Positions 39,481 to 48,668 of a stretch of DNA of 64,000 nucleotides are shown here, one piece after another. Each line of letters starts with the position of its first letter. Within the stretch, counting starts at the first letter, position 1. The DNA comes from Candidatus Edwardsbacteria bacterium RifOxyA12_full_54_48 (GTDB lineage Bacteria; Edwardsbacteria; AC1; EtOH8). A program made the translations under genes and the position numbers. The stretch spans positions 425,744-489,743 of the forward strand of contig MFFN01000004.1 in NCBI GenBank assembly GCA_001777915.1, written 5' to 3'. Below the pieces are notes generated by a model. That model was not told the origin of the DNA. It was given only the letters and a program-made list of their open reading frames with translations, and searched no databases.

Positions 39481-41952
39481 TTGCTAAGAGGATCAATTTT
39501 GCATATCAAAGATTTTAAAAAGGCCGCCCTGATCTACCGGGGCCGGGAGATATCCTACGCCGAGACCATCTCCCTGGTGAACCGCTTTGCTTCCTGCTAT
39601 CGGTTAAATGAGGGAGACCGGACGGCGGTCTTCGCCGAGAACCGGCCGGAATGGATCTACGCCTATTTGTCGGTGTGGCGTAACGGCGGGATCTCGGTGC
39701 CCATCGATTACCTGGCTCCGGCCGACGAGGTGTCCTATATCCTGAACGATTGCCGGCCTTCGGTGGTCTTTTGCTCGCATAAGACCAAAGAGGTGTTGAC
39801 CGAAGCGGTTAACTCCCTGAAAGGAGACTACCGCCCGGAGATCCTGATATTCGAGGAGCTTTCCCTGCCGGAGAATGCGCCGGACAAAATAGTCGCCGAA
39901 CCGGACAAGCATGAGACCGCCACCATCATCTACACCTCCGGCACCACCGGCAGCCCCAAGGGGGTGATGCTGACCCACGACAATATTATGGCCAATATCG
40001 AGGACGTGGTGGACCACACCAAAATATTCACCGCCGATGACCGGCTGCTGGCCATTCTGCCCTTCCACCACATCTTCCCGCTGATGGGGACCATCATGGC
40101 CACCCTGTATTGCGGGGCCACCCTGGTGATCCTGGAGAAGATATCCTCCGAGGAGATCCTGGGCGCCCTGAAGCAATACGGCATCACCATCATCATCGGG
40201 GTTCCCCGGCTGTACCGGCTGTTCCACAAGGGGATGATCGACAAGATCAATGCCAGCCCGGCCGCCAAAGTATTGCTGAAAATCTCCCGGGCCCTGAAGC
40301 AGCCGGCCCTGGGCCGCCTGATCTTCAAAAAAGCCCAGCAGGCCTTCGGGGGGCACATCAAATACTTCATCTCCGGCGGGGCCAAGCTGGACGAAAGGGT
40401 GGGCGGTGACCTTTACGCCATGGGTTTCGAGGTGCTGGAGGGCTTCGGCATGACCGAGGCCGCCCCGATGATAACCTTCACCAAGCCCGGTCAGGTGAGG
40501 ATCGGCTCGCCCGGCACCCCCACCAGCCAGACCGAGGTCAGGATCGAAGACGGTGAAATACTGGCCCGGGGCCGCAATATAATGAAGGGCTATTACAACA
40601 AGCCGGAGGACACCGCCGCCATCTTGAAGGACGGCTGGCTGCATACCGGCGACCAGGGCTACCTGGACAAAAAGAACCGGCTGTTCATCACCGGGCGCAA
40701 GAAGGAGATCATCGTCCTGTCCAGCGGGAAGAACATCAACCCCGAGGAGATCGAGAACCGCATCCTGTCGCTCTCCCCGCTGATCAAGGAGATAGGGGTC
40801 TATCCCCGGGAGGAGAAGCTGGGGGCGGTGATCCACCCCGACTTCCTGGCGGTCAAGAAACAGCAGGTGGTCAACTTGCGGGAGACCATCAAGTGGCTGG
40901 TGCTGGACAAGTTCAACCTGACGGTGCCCGGCTACAAGAAGATCCATCATTTCACCCTGGTCAACGACGAGCTGCCCAAGACCCGGCTGGGGAAATTAAA
41001 AAGATTCCTGCTGCCCCAGATGGACGCCAGAACCGCCGAGACCCATCGCCTGAGGCCCGACCCCGACACCCAGGAGTACCGGGCATTGAAGACCTACCTG
41101 GAGAAGGCCCTGGACCAGAAGGTCTATCCCGATCAGCACCTGGAGTACGACCTGGGGCTGGATTCTTTAGGCAAGATAGAGCTGGACCTGTTCCTGGAAA
41201 AGAACTACGGGATCAAACTGGAGGACCAGGAGTCGGTGGCCCACCACACGGTGGAGGCCCTGAGCCTCTTGATGGCCGAACAGAAAAAGACCGGCCCGGC
41301 TGAGACATCGGATTGGCACAGCACCCTGCAGGAGAAGGCTGAGTTTACCATGCCCCAAAGCCGGTTCATGCAGTGCACTATGAAATTGGCAACCGCGCCT
41401 CTATTTAAACTATACTTCCACCTGCAAGGACAAGGGCAACAGAACCTGCCGCCTGGGCCGTTCATACTGGCTCCAAACCACCAGAGCTTTCTTGACGGGA
41501 TATTCCTGTCCATTCTGCTGCCCAATCGGATTTTAAAGGACACCTTTTTCCTGGCCGCCGGAAAACATATTAAAACACCTATCAATCGTTTCTACGCCAA
41601 CCACAGCAACCTGCTGGTGATGGACATCAACCGAGATCTAAAGAGCACCCTGCAGCAGGCGGCGGCGGCCATCCGGCAGGGGAAAAATTTGGCCATCTTC
41701 CCCGAGGGAGCCCGCAGCCGGGACGGCCATCTTTCGGAGTTCAAAAAGACCTTCGCCATCCTGAGCCGGGAACTGCAGGTGCCGGTGGTGCCGGTGGCCA
41801 TCTCCGGGGCCTATGCCTCGGTCCCCATCGGACGCAAACTTCCCAAGCCCGGCAAGGTGTCGTTAAAATTCCTCCCGGCCATTTATCCCGGACAGATGGA
41901 CTACGACCAGATCACCAGCCAGACCAGACAGGCCATTGCGGAGAATATTTAA
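39481..41952 (+). CDS. Tri-domain fusion: AMP-dependent acyl-CoA/ACP synthetase + acyl-carrier (phosphopantetheine attachment) domain + PlsC-type 1-acylglycerol-3-phosphate acyltransferase
   Basis: AMP-binding motif TSGTTGSPKGVMLTHDNI. Linker LEYDLGLDSLGKIELDLFLEK (DSL phosphopantetheine site). PlsC motifs NHQSFLD (HxxxxD) and FPEGARS. Confidence 0.75.
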   Translation: MLRGSILHIKDFKKAALIYRGREISYAETISLVNRFASCYRLNEGDRTAVFAENRPEWIYAYLSVWRNGGISVPIDYLAPADEVSYILNDCRPSVVFCSHKTKEVLTEAVNSLKGDYRPEILIFEELSLPENAPDKIVAEPDKHETATIIYTSGTTGSPKGVMLTHDNIMANIEDVVDHTKIFTADDRLLAILPFHHIFPLMGTIMATLYCGATLVILEKISSEEILGALKQYGITIIIGVPRLYRLFHKGMIDKINASPAAKVLLKISRALKQPALGRLIFKKAQQAFGGHIKYFISGGAKLDERVGGDLYAMGFEVLEGFGMTEAAPMITFTKPGQVRIGSPGTPTSQTEVRIEDGEILARGRNIMKGYYNKPEDTAAILKDGWLHTGDQGYLDKKNRLFITGRKKEIIVLSSGKNINPEEIENRILSLSPLIKEIGVYPREEKLGAVIHPDFLAVKKQQVVNLRETIKWLVLDKFNLTVPGYKKIHHFTLVNDELPKTRLGKLKRFLLPQMDARTAETHRLRPDPDTQEYRALKTYLEKALDQKVYPDQHLEYDLGLDSLGKIELDLFLEKNYGIKLEDQESVAHHTVEALSLLMAEQKKTGPAETSDWHSTLQEKAEFTMPQSRFMQCTMKLATAPLFKLYFHLQGQGQQNLPPGPFILAPNHQSFLDGIFLSILLPNRILKDTFFLAAGKHIKTPINRFYANHSNLLVMDINRDLKSTLQQAAAAIRQGKNLAIFPEGARSRDGHLSEFKKTFAILSRELQVPVVPVAISGAYASVPIGRKLPKPGKVSLKFLPAIYPGQMDYDQITSQTRQAIAENI

Positions 41953-41979
41953 CTTTAACTAATATTTACAATCAAACTT

Positions 41980-42564
41980 ATGTCGCTTTCTAACATAAAT
42001 ACCGCCATCTATCACAATATCGCTTTGATATTGTTCATACTATATGGTCTATATATATTATTTGATACACTAATGATAACATTATTTAAATACCATTTTT
42101 ATAGACTTGGCCTTAAATTACTGACCTTTTCTGAGGTTGTAAATTATAATTTTGCCGAGATTGAAAAAAACAATAAATATGAAACCCAAGATGGTAAATT
42201 TATGCTAATATCAAGCGATAAGTGTATTTTTCGAACAAAATATCTTTTTAAACCTTTAGAATGGAACCCTTTTAATAATGGTGTTCCCACAACCGGCTTT
42301 ATACACATAAAAGATGGCATTTTTACCACAGAAATTCGGTTAAGTCTTGGCATAACGATATTTATTGTCGTTTGGATAATAGGTTTCACCTCAGGGGTTA
42401 TTTGGGAGGTTATTTTATCATTCTTAAAGGGAGAAAATATATATGAATCTATTGTTTTTCTGGCTGTATTGATCATCGTGATTCTTTTATTTTTAGAATT
42501 TAAAAAAATTATGTTAAATAAATCATTAGCCATATATGAACAAATTAAAATTCATATTTCATAG
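41980..42564 (+). CDS. Low-GC membrane protein of unknown function (4 TM helices)
   Basis: 194-aa ORF in a ~30% GC islet. Hydrophobic helices (IALILFILYGLYILF, ITIFIVVWIIGF, IVFLAVLIIVILLFL). Gene-like spacing between flanking genes. Confidence 0.5.
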   Translation: MSLSNINTAIYHNIALILFILYGLYILFDTLMITLFKYHFYRLGLKLLTFSEVVNYNFAEIEKNNKYETQDGKFMLISSDKCIFRTKYLFKPLEWNPFNNGVPTTGFIHIKDGIFTTEIRLSLGITIFIVVWIIGFTSGVIWEVILSFLKGENIYESIVFLAVLIIVILLFLEFKKIMLNKSLAIYEQIKIHIS

Positions 42565-42601
42565 TATATCTTTTGTCCTTTTTAATTTTTAATATTAACC
42601 T

Positions 42602-45283
42602 ATGCCCCTCTACAATCAAACCATAGAACAATCCCTGGCCGAGCTGGGCTCCGATCACTACTCCGGCCTTTCGGAGCAGCAGGTCGCCGAACGCTTGGCC
42701 AAGTATGGTCCCAACAAGCTGGCCGAGGGCAAGCGGGCCGGACCGCTGAAGATATTTTTCGACCAGTTCAAGAATATCATGGTGCTGGTCCTGCTGATCG
42801 CGGCGGTGATCTCCGGGCTGACCCACGACCTGACCGATTCCTTCGTCATTCTGGCCATCGCCCTGATCAATGCCGTCATCGGCTTCCTCCAGGAATACCG
42901 GGCCGACCAGGCCATGGCCGCCCTGAAAAAACTTTCCCAGCCGCTGGCCAAGGTGGTAAGGGCCGGGAAGGTGCTGGAGATCCCCTCGGAAAACCTGGTG
43001 CCGGGGGACATCATATTGATCGAGGCCGGATCCCGGATCCCGGCCGACGCCCGGATACTGGAGGCCGCTTCGCTCAAGATAGAGGAATCCTCCCTTACCG
43101 GCGAGTCCCTGCCGGTGGAGAAATCTTCTCTCCCCATTGAAAGCGAAGTTCCCCTGGCCGACCGGAACAACATGGCCTTTTTGGGCACCATCTGCGTCTA
43201 CGGCCGGGGAAGGGCGGTGGTGGCCTCCACCGGGATGAACACCGAATTGGGCAGGATAGCCCAGTCCATCCAGACCCTCCGGCAGGGCCAGACCCCGCTG
43301 CAGAAAAGGCTGGCCGGGCTGGCCCGGATCCTGGCCCTGGCCACGGTGATCCTGTGCGCCGTGATATTTCTGGCCGGATGGCTGCACGGCATTCCGGTCT
43401 CGGTGATGCTGCTGACCGCCATCTCGCTGGCGGTGGCGGCCATCCCGGAGAGCCTGCCGGCGGTGATCACCATCGTCCTGTCATTCGGCGTTCAGAAGAT
43501 GGTCAAAAAGAACGCCCTGGTAAAAAAACTGCCGGCGGTGGAGACCCTGGGCTCGGTCTCGGTGATCTGCTCGGACAAGACCGGCACCCTGACCCAGAAC
43601 CAGATGACGGTCAAAAAGGTATTCTGCAACGGCGTGCTTTATGATGTCCGGGGAGGCGGCTACCAGCCCATGGGAGAGATCCTGTCCCAGGACGGGAAAA
43701 AAGCCGACGACCCCCTGTTCCAGAAATTACTGAACGCCTCCTGCCTGTGCAACGATGCCACCCTGTTCCAGGAGAAGGCCGACGGCTCCGATGCCTGGAA
43801 AATAGCCGGGGATCCCACCGAGGGGGCCCTGCTGACCTTAGCCGCCAAGGCCGGGCTGTGGCGCGATTCTTTGGAGAAGGACCTGCCCCGGGTGGGCGAA
43901 CTGCCATTCGATTCCGAACGCAAGATGATGACCACCATCCACCGGATGGGCGATGGAAAGTACATCTGCTATGTCAAGGGCGCTCTGGATAATCTGGAGC
44001 ATAAGTGTCCGGATTTTCCCGCCCAGGCTTTGGAGATCAACCGATCCCTGGCCGAAGGCGGGCACCGGGTGCTGGCCCTGGCCTATAAGATCATCGAAGC
44101 CCTGCCGGAGAAGCTGGAGATAGATCAGATCGAGAGGGGCCTGATCTTTCTGGGGCTGGCGGCCATGATCGACCCGCCCCGGGAGGAGGTCCGGGCCGCG
44201 GTGGAGCAGTGCCGCAGCGCCGGCATCCGGCCGGTGATGATCACCGGCGACCATCCGGCCACCGCCCTGGCCATCGCCCGGGAGCTGGGCATTTACTCGC
44301 CCGGCGATCTGCATCTGACCGGAATGGAGCTCAAGGCCCTGAGCGTGGAGGAGCTGGCGGAAAAGATAGAGAGAATATCCCTCTTCGCCCGGGTCTCGCC
44401 GGAGGACAAGATCAAGATAGTCCAGGCCCTGCAAAGCAAGGGGCGCATCGTGGCCATGACCGGCGACGGGGTCAACGACGCTCCGGCCTTAAGGGGGGCC
44501 GATATCGGCATCGCCATGGGCATCACCGGGAGCGACGTCTCCAAGGAAGCCTCGGACGTGGTGTTGCTGGACGACAACTTCGCCACCATCGTGGCGGCGG
44601 TGGCCGAGGGCCGGAAAATATATGACAACATCCGCAAGTTCGTGCGCTATATGCTGGGCACCAACCTGGGCGAGGTGCTGACCATGTTCGGCGGCATCAT
44701 GCTGAACCTGCCCCTGCCCCTGCTGCCGATCCAGATATTGTGGATCAACCTGGTGACCGATTCCCTGCCGGCCCTGGCCCTGAGCAACGAGCCGCCTGAG
44801 GCCGACATCATGAAGCGGGCACCCCGCCCCCCGGCCGAGAGTCTTTTCGCCCGGGGCTTGTGGGCCCAGGTGCTTTTCTCGGGGCTGCTGATGGCGGCCG
44901 GCTGCCTGCTGATGTTCCATTGGGCCATCGGCCGGCACATCGAGATGGGTCAGACCAGGGAAACCGCTGAAATTATGGCCCGGACCATGGTCTTCATGAC
45001 CATGTCGTTCTACCAGCTGTTCAACGCCCTGGCCATCCGCTCCGACAAAAGATCGTTCTTTGCCCTGGCCCCCTCCGGAAACTGGTACCTCTACGGCGCA
45101 GTGCTGATCACCGCCCTGCTGCAGTTGGGCGCGGTCTATCTGCCGGTCCTGCAGCCGGTCTTCAAGACCGCCCCGGTCGGCGGGCTGGACCTGCTGGCCT
45201 GCATAGTCGTTTCTTCGTCCATCCTGGTCGCGGTGGAGCTGGAGAAACTTATCCGCCAAAATATTTTTCGCAGAGCCTCTTGA
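42602..45283 (+). CDS. P-type ATPase, Ca2+-transporting type (P2A/P2B-like)
   Basis: Phosphorylation motif DKTGTLT. Hinge motif GDGVNDAPAL. TGES (LTGESLPV). 10 TM segments. Length 893 aa. Confidence 0.85.
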   Translation: MPLYNQTIEQSLAELGSDHYSGLSEQQVAERLAKYGPNKLAEGKRAGPLKIFFDQFKNIMVLVLLIAAVISGLTHDLTDSFVILAIALINAVIGFLQEYRADQAMAALKKLSQPLAKVVRAGKVLEIPSENLVPGDIILIEAGSRIPADARILEAASLKIEESSLTGESLPVEKSSLPIESEVPLADRNNMAFLGTICVYGRGRAVVASTGMNTELGRIAQSIQTLRQGQTPLQKRLAGLARILALATVILCAVIFLAGWLHGIPVSVMLLTAISLAVAAIPESLPAVITIVLSFGVQKMVKKNALVKKLPAVETLGSVSVICSDKTGTLTQNQMTVKKVFCNGVLYDVRGGGYQPMGEILSQDGKKADDPLFQKLLNASCLCNDATLFQEKADGSDAWKIAGDPTEGALLTLAAKAGLWRDSLEKDLPRVGELPFDSERKMMTTIHRMGDGKYICYVKGALDNLEHKCPDFPAQALEINRSLAEGGHRVLALAYKIIEALPEKLEIDQIERGLIFLGLAAMIDPPREEVRAAVEQCRSAGIRPVMITGDHPATALAIARELGIYSPGDLHLTGMELKALSVEELAEKIERISLFARVSPEDKIKIVQALQSKGRIVAMTGDGVNDAPALRGADIGIAMGITGSDVSKEASDVVLLDDNFATIVAAVAEGRKIYDNIRKFVRYMLGTNLGEVLTMFGGIMLNLPLPLLPIQILWINLVTDSLPALALSNEPPEADIMKRAPRPPAESLFARGLWAQVLFSGLLMAAGCLLMFHWAIGRHIEMGQTRETAEIMARTMVFMTMSFYQLFNALAIRSDKRSFFALAPSGNWYLYGAVLITALLQLGAVYLPVLQPVFKTAPVGGLDLLACIVVSSSILVAVELEKLIRQNIFRRAS

Positions 45284-45308
45284 CAAAACCATAATTCGGG
45301 CATAGAAT
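45280..45308 (+). promoter_or_regulatory. Consensus-like sigma70 promoter TTGACA-N17-TAGAAT
   Basis: -35 TTGACA at 45280..45285, 17-nt spacer, -10 TAGAAT at 45303..45308, overlapping the ATPase stop. Followed by TAAGGAGG and a small ORF. Confidence 0.5.
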
Positions 45309-45331
45309 GAAAACCGTAAGGAGGACAGTCT

Positions 45332-45493
45332 ATGCCCGGCTGTATCTTTATGCACACCTGCCTGTTTCCGGAAAACAGACCGGACCATGACCCCCGCTGT
45401 TATATGGCCCCGGGGATTATAGTAGATAAAGCCGCCTTCCAACAGGCGGCTTTATGCGTTCATCCCAAAAGGCCGCGGAGAGTTCCGGTATGA
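45332..45493 (+). CDS. Small Cys/His-containing ORF (53 aa) or leader peptide, translationally coupled (ATGA) to the GNAT gene
   Basis: Strong SD TAAGGAGG 7 nt upstream of ATG. MPGCIFMHTCLFPENRPDHDPRCYMAPGII... Stop TGA overlaps the ATG at 45490. A hairpin AAAGCCGCC ttccaaca GGCGGCTTT lies inside it. Confidence 0.3.
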   Translation: MPGCIFMHTCLFPENRPDHDPRCYMAPGIIVDKAAFQQAALCVHPKRPRRVPV

Positions 45494-46050
45494 TATCCCT
45501 ACCGAAAAAAGCCAAAGAAGACAAGGGCCGCCTCAGGCTGGCCGAGCCCTCCATGGAGCTCGAGGAGGCTTTCCTGGAACTGGCGGCCGATTACCGGGCG
45601 GCCGGGGAGCAGCGCTATACCGACCTGTACGAGGTCCATGGCATGGCCTTTGACCGTTACATCAAGGGCCTGCAGCGGGAATGCCTGGAGCGGGACCTGT
45701 CGGACGGACGGGTGCCCTGCAGCACCTTTTGGATGCTGTCGGACCAAGGGACCATCTGCGGAATCAGCCGGCTGCGGCATTACCTGACACCGGAGATGGA
45801 GATGGAGGGGGGCCACATCCTGCTGGAGGTGCCGCCATCGCTGCGCCGCCGGGGGCACGGATCGATCCTTTTGGAAATGACCCTGGAACGGGCGGTGGAG
45901 CTGAAGATCACCAAAGCCCTGCTTACCTGCGACTGGGACAACTTCGGGGCCATCCGGGTCATCAAGAACAACGGAGGGATGCTGGAGAACACCATACTGT
46001 CAACCGGTGCCGGAAAAAAAGTGATGCGTTTCTGGATCGATCTGACATAA
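45490..46050 (+). CDS. GNAT-family N-acetyltransferase (alternative start 45454)
   Basis: GNAT motifs in C-terminal half (HILLEVPPSLRRRGHGSILLEMTLERAVEL ... NNGGMLEN). Confidence 0.65.
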   Translation: MISLPKKAKEDKGRLRLAEPSMELEEAFLELAADYRAAGEQRYTDLYEVHGMAFDRYIKGLQRECLERDLSDGRVPCSTFWMLSDQGTICGISRLRHYLTPEMEMEGGHILLEVPPSLRRRGHGSILLEMTLERAVELKITKALLTCDWDNFGAIRVIKNNGGMLENTILSTGAGKKVMRFWIDLT

Positions 46051-46207
46051 CCCTCTCTTTAGATACGCCCCTTGTCTTCCCGACAGCCAAAAGGCTTTCG
46101 GTTTTTTTATTTTAAAAAACGTTTTTTATCATTGTATTCAACCTGAAAATGATATAAAATAAATATTTAACGGCCGGGTCTTTCACCTCTTTTTTTGGGA
46201 GGGACCG

Positions 46208-47044
46208 ATGCGGGTCTGCTTGGTCTATTTTTCACAGACCGGTAACACCCAAAAGATAGCCCAGGCCATCCAGGAACAGATGGCCGAAGCGGCCGGAGAT
46301 TGCGCCATGCTGCGCCTGGAGGAGGCCGACCCGGCCATCTTCTCCAATTACGATCTGGTCGGATGCGGGTTGCCGGCTTTCTATTTCAGGGAGCCCATTA
46401 ACGTAAATCATTTCTTTAATGATATGCCCGGTCAGGGCACCGCCGGCCGGCCAAAACCATTCTTCTTTTTTGTCACCCACGGCGGCACCCCCGGCGATGT
46501 GTATTCCCGGATCGACCGGCTGGCCGCCTCCCGGGGCCTGGAGACCTTGGGATTTTTCCAATGCCTGGGGGTCGACACCTATCCGCCGTTTGCCGACAGA
46601 AAGCCCTTGACCGCCCAGGGACATCCCGATCAAAAGGATCTATTTCAGGCCAGGACCTTTGCCAAAGATATCATTCATAGAGCCGGAGTTTATCTTGATC
46701 GGGGCGAATTGAAAAGGCCCAAGATCCCCGGGAATTGGATATCCCGGACCGTGGCCGGCCTATTCAGCGAACGTAAAATTCGCCTGCGGATGAGGCAGCA
46801 TCTGCTTCCGGCAAAAAAGATCCGTCAAAACAAATGCACCCTCTGCGGCCTGTGCTTAGAGAGCTGTCCCCAGGGCATCATCAGCCTGAATCCTTATCCG
46901 GTCATCGACCAATCAAACTGCATCGCCTGCTACCACTGCCAGCGGATCTGCCCGGCCGGCGCCATAGAATGCGACTGGCGGATCTTTAAGCTGATGACCG
47001 GCGAATATTTCCGGCCGGGCAAAAAAGGCACCTCCCTCGATTAG
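46208..47044 (+). CDS. Flavodoxin-like domain fused to a 2x[4Fe-4S] ferredoxin domain
   Basis: Flavodoxin signature VYFSQTGNTQKIA. Two CxxCxxCxxxCP clusters (CTLCGLCLESCP and CIACYHCQRICP). Confidence 0.75.
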   Translation: MRVCLVYFSQTGNTQKIAQAIQEQMAEAAGDCAMLRLEEADPAIFSNYDLVGCGLPAFYFREPINVNHFFNDMPGQGTAGRPKPFFFFVTHGGTPGDVYSRIDRLAASRGLETLGFFQCLGVDTYPPFADRKPLTAQGHPDQKDLFQARTFAKDIIHRAGVYLDRGELKRPKIPGNWISRTVAGLFSERKIRLRMRQHLLPAKKIRQNKCTLCGLCLESCPQGIISLNPYPVIDQSNCIACYHCQRICPAGAIECDWRIFKLMTGEYFRPGKKGTSLD

Positions 47045-47068
47045 ATACATTACATTTAGGAGCAGATA

Positions 47069-48196
47069 ATGTCCCGCAAAAAAACATCCCTAGAAAAAAA
47101 CGTCCCGGACCAGGCCGGGGAGAATTCCACGTTAAAGCTGATCGAACGCTTGACCGCGGCTCCCGGGCCATCGGGCTACGAGACCCGGGCCGCCTTGGCC
47201 GCCGGTGAGGAGCTGGCCCCCTTCGCCACCAAGGTCAAGGTGGACAAGATGGGCAGCGTGGTGGCCTTCAAAAAGGGGCTGTCCCGGGACGGCAAAAAGA
47301 TCCTGCTGGCGGCCCATCTGGACGAGATCGGCCTGCTGATCACCGGCATCGAGCCGGGGGGATTCCTGCGCTTCACCCAGGTGGGCGGACTCGACGCCCG
47401 GGTGCTGCTGGGACAGGAGGTGCTGCTGCATCCGGTCGGCCGGTACGGCCCGGACACCCGGATCGCCCTGCCGGGCATCATCGGAGCCAAGCCGCCGCAT
47501 TTCCAGACCCCGGAGGAATCGAGCCAGGTGATCCCCCTGGAGGACCTGTATATCGACCTGGGGCTGGACGAGGCGGCAGCCAAAGCCAGGGTCTCCATCG
47601 GCGATCTGGCCACCCCGAGAATGCCCCTTACCAATCTCAAGAACGACCGGGCGGCCGGAAAGGCCATGGACAACCGGGCCTGCATCGCCATCATGGTCCA
47701 GGCCCTGGAGATACTCAGCAAATGCCATCATAGCTGGGATGTTTATGCGGTGGCCACCGTCCAGGAGGAGGTGTCCGGCCTGGGGGCGCTGACCTCGGCT
47801 TTCGAGATCCATCCCGACATCGGAATAGCCATAGACGTCACCCACGGCGACATGCCGGGGGTGCCCGACAGCGACACCTTCGCCATCGGCAAGGGGCCCA
47901 CCATCACCGTCGGGCCCAACATCCACCCGGCCATCGCCGACAAATTGAAGAAGGTGGCCAAGCGCGAGGAGATCCCCTTTCAGATAGAGCCCTGCGCCGG
48001 ACTAACCGGGACCGATGCGGTGGATATTCAGATATCCCAAGAGGGCATCCCCACCGGCCTGCTGGGCCTGCCCCTGCGCTACATGCACACCCCGGTGGAG
48101 ACCCTGGCGGCAGTGGACGTGGAGCGCTCGGCCAGATTGCTGGCCCGCTTCATCCAAGACCTGGACGATATAAACTTGGAATGGAAAGACGACTAA
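47069..48196 (+). CDS. M42-family (TET/FrvX-like) aminopeptidase, paralog 1
   Basis: LLAAHLDEIGLLITGIE, VQEEVSGLG, metal-ligand contexts typical of M42 glutamyl-aminopeptidase family. 375 aa. Confidence 0.8.
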   Translation: MSRKKTSLEKNVPDQAGENSTLKLIERLTAAPGPSGYETRAALAAGEELAPFATKVKVDKMGSVVAFKKGLSRDGKKILLAAHLDEIGLLITGIEPGGFLRFTQVGGLDARVLLGQEVLLHPVGRYGPDTRIALPGIIGAKPPHFQTPEESSQVIPLEDLYIDLGLDEAAAKARVSIGDLATPRMPLTNLKNDRAAGKAMDNRACIAIMVQALEILSKCHHSWDVYAVATVQEEVSGLGALTSAFEIHPDIGIAIDVTHGDMPGVPDSDTFAIGKGPTITVGPNIHPAIADKLKKVAKREEIPFQIEPCAGLTGTDAVDIQISQEGIPTGLLGLPLRYMHTPVETLAAVDVERSARLLARFIQDLDDINLEWKDD

Positions 48197-48237
48197 AAGA
48201 CCTGAACAAAAAATAAAACAGTTAGGCTTAAAACTAA

Positions 48238-48618
48238 ATGCTTACTCAAGGTATTGATATAATTTTAGAAAACGAAAAGGAAGGTTGGTTTCCACTCGCT
48301 CCCAGCAGCGGCCTTCGTGGAAAAGTTATCCGCACTATACCGGTTGATCCACCACAAGTGCCATTTTACTTGATACAACTTAATTCCCCTCTAGAAATTC
48401 AAGAACCCGCAAAAGACACACCATCTGGTCTTCGCCTTCAACTTTACAGCCATCTTGTTGTGCGCTCACGTTGGGTGGGGATACCGCTTGGCTCAAAACC
48501 GTCGATATCGGCACAGGTATTTCTTGTTCCCATTAATGCAACTTTGCCATCAACACCTTTAGAACTTAAGGATCATAATCCAGATATTTGGGCCTCATGC
48601 TCAATCGCGTCCCAATGA
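48238..48618 (+). CDS. Hypothetical ORF in a low-GC insert (may be non-coding)
   Basis: 126-aa ORF in ~40% GC DNA between two M42 paralogs. No recognisable family. Weak start context. Confidence 0.2.
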   Translation: MLTQGIDIILENEKEGWFPLAPSSGLRGKVIRTIPVDPPQVPFYLIQLNSPLEIQEPAKDTPSGLRLQLYSHLVVRSRWVGIPLGSKPSISAQVFLVPINATLPSTPLELKDHNPDIWASCSIASQ

Positions 48619-48668
48619 GAGGAGAGGCTCAAAGAAATCAGAATAATAATTTTAATACGGAACAAAAA

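Noticed and set aside
46080-46110. Weak hairpin after the GNAT gene as a terminator
   Set aside because: Only a 3-bp GC stem (GCC aaaa GGC) before the T run; too weak to call.
48238-48618. 126-aa ORF in the low-GC insert between M42 paralogs as a confident gene
   Set aside because: No recognisable domain, weak start context, and composition typical of AT-rich non-coding DNA. Retained only as a low-confidence feature.
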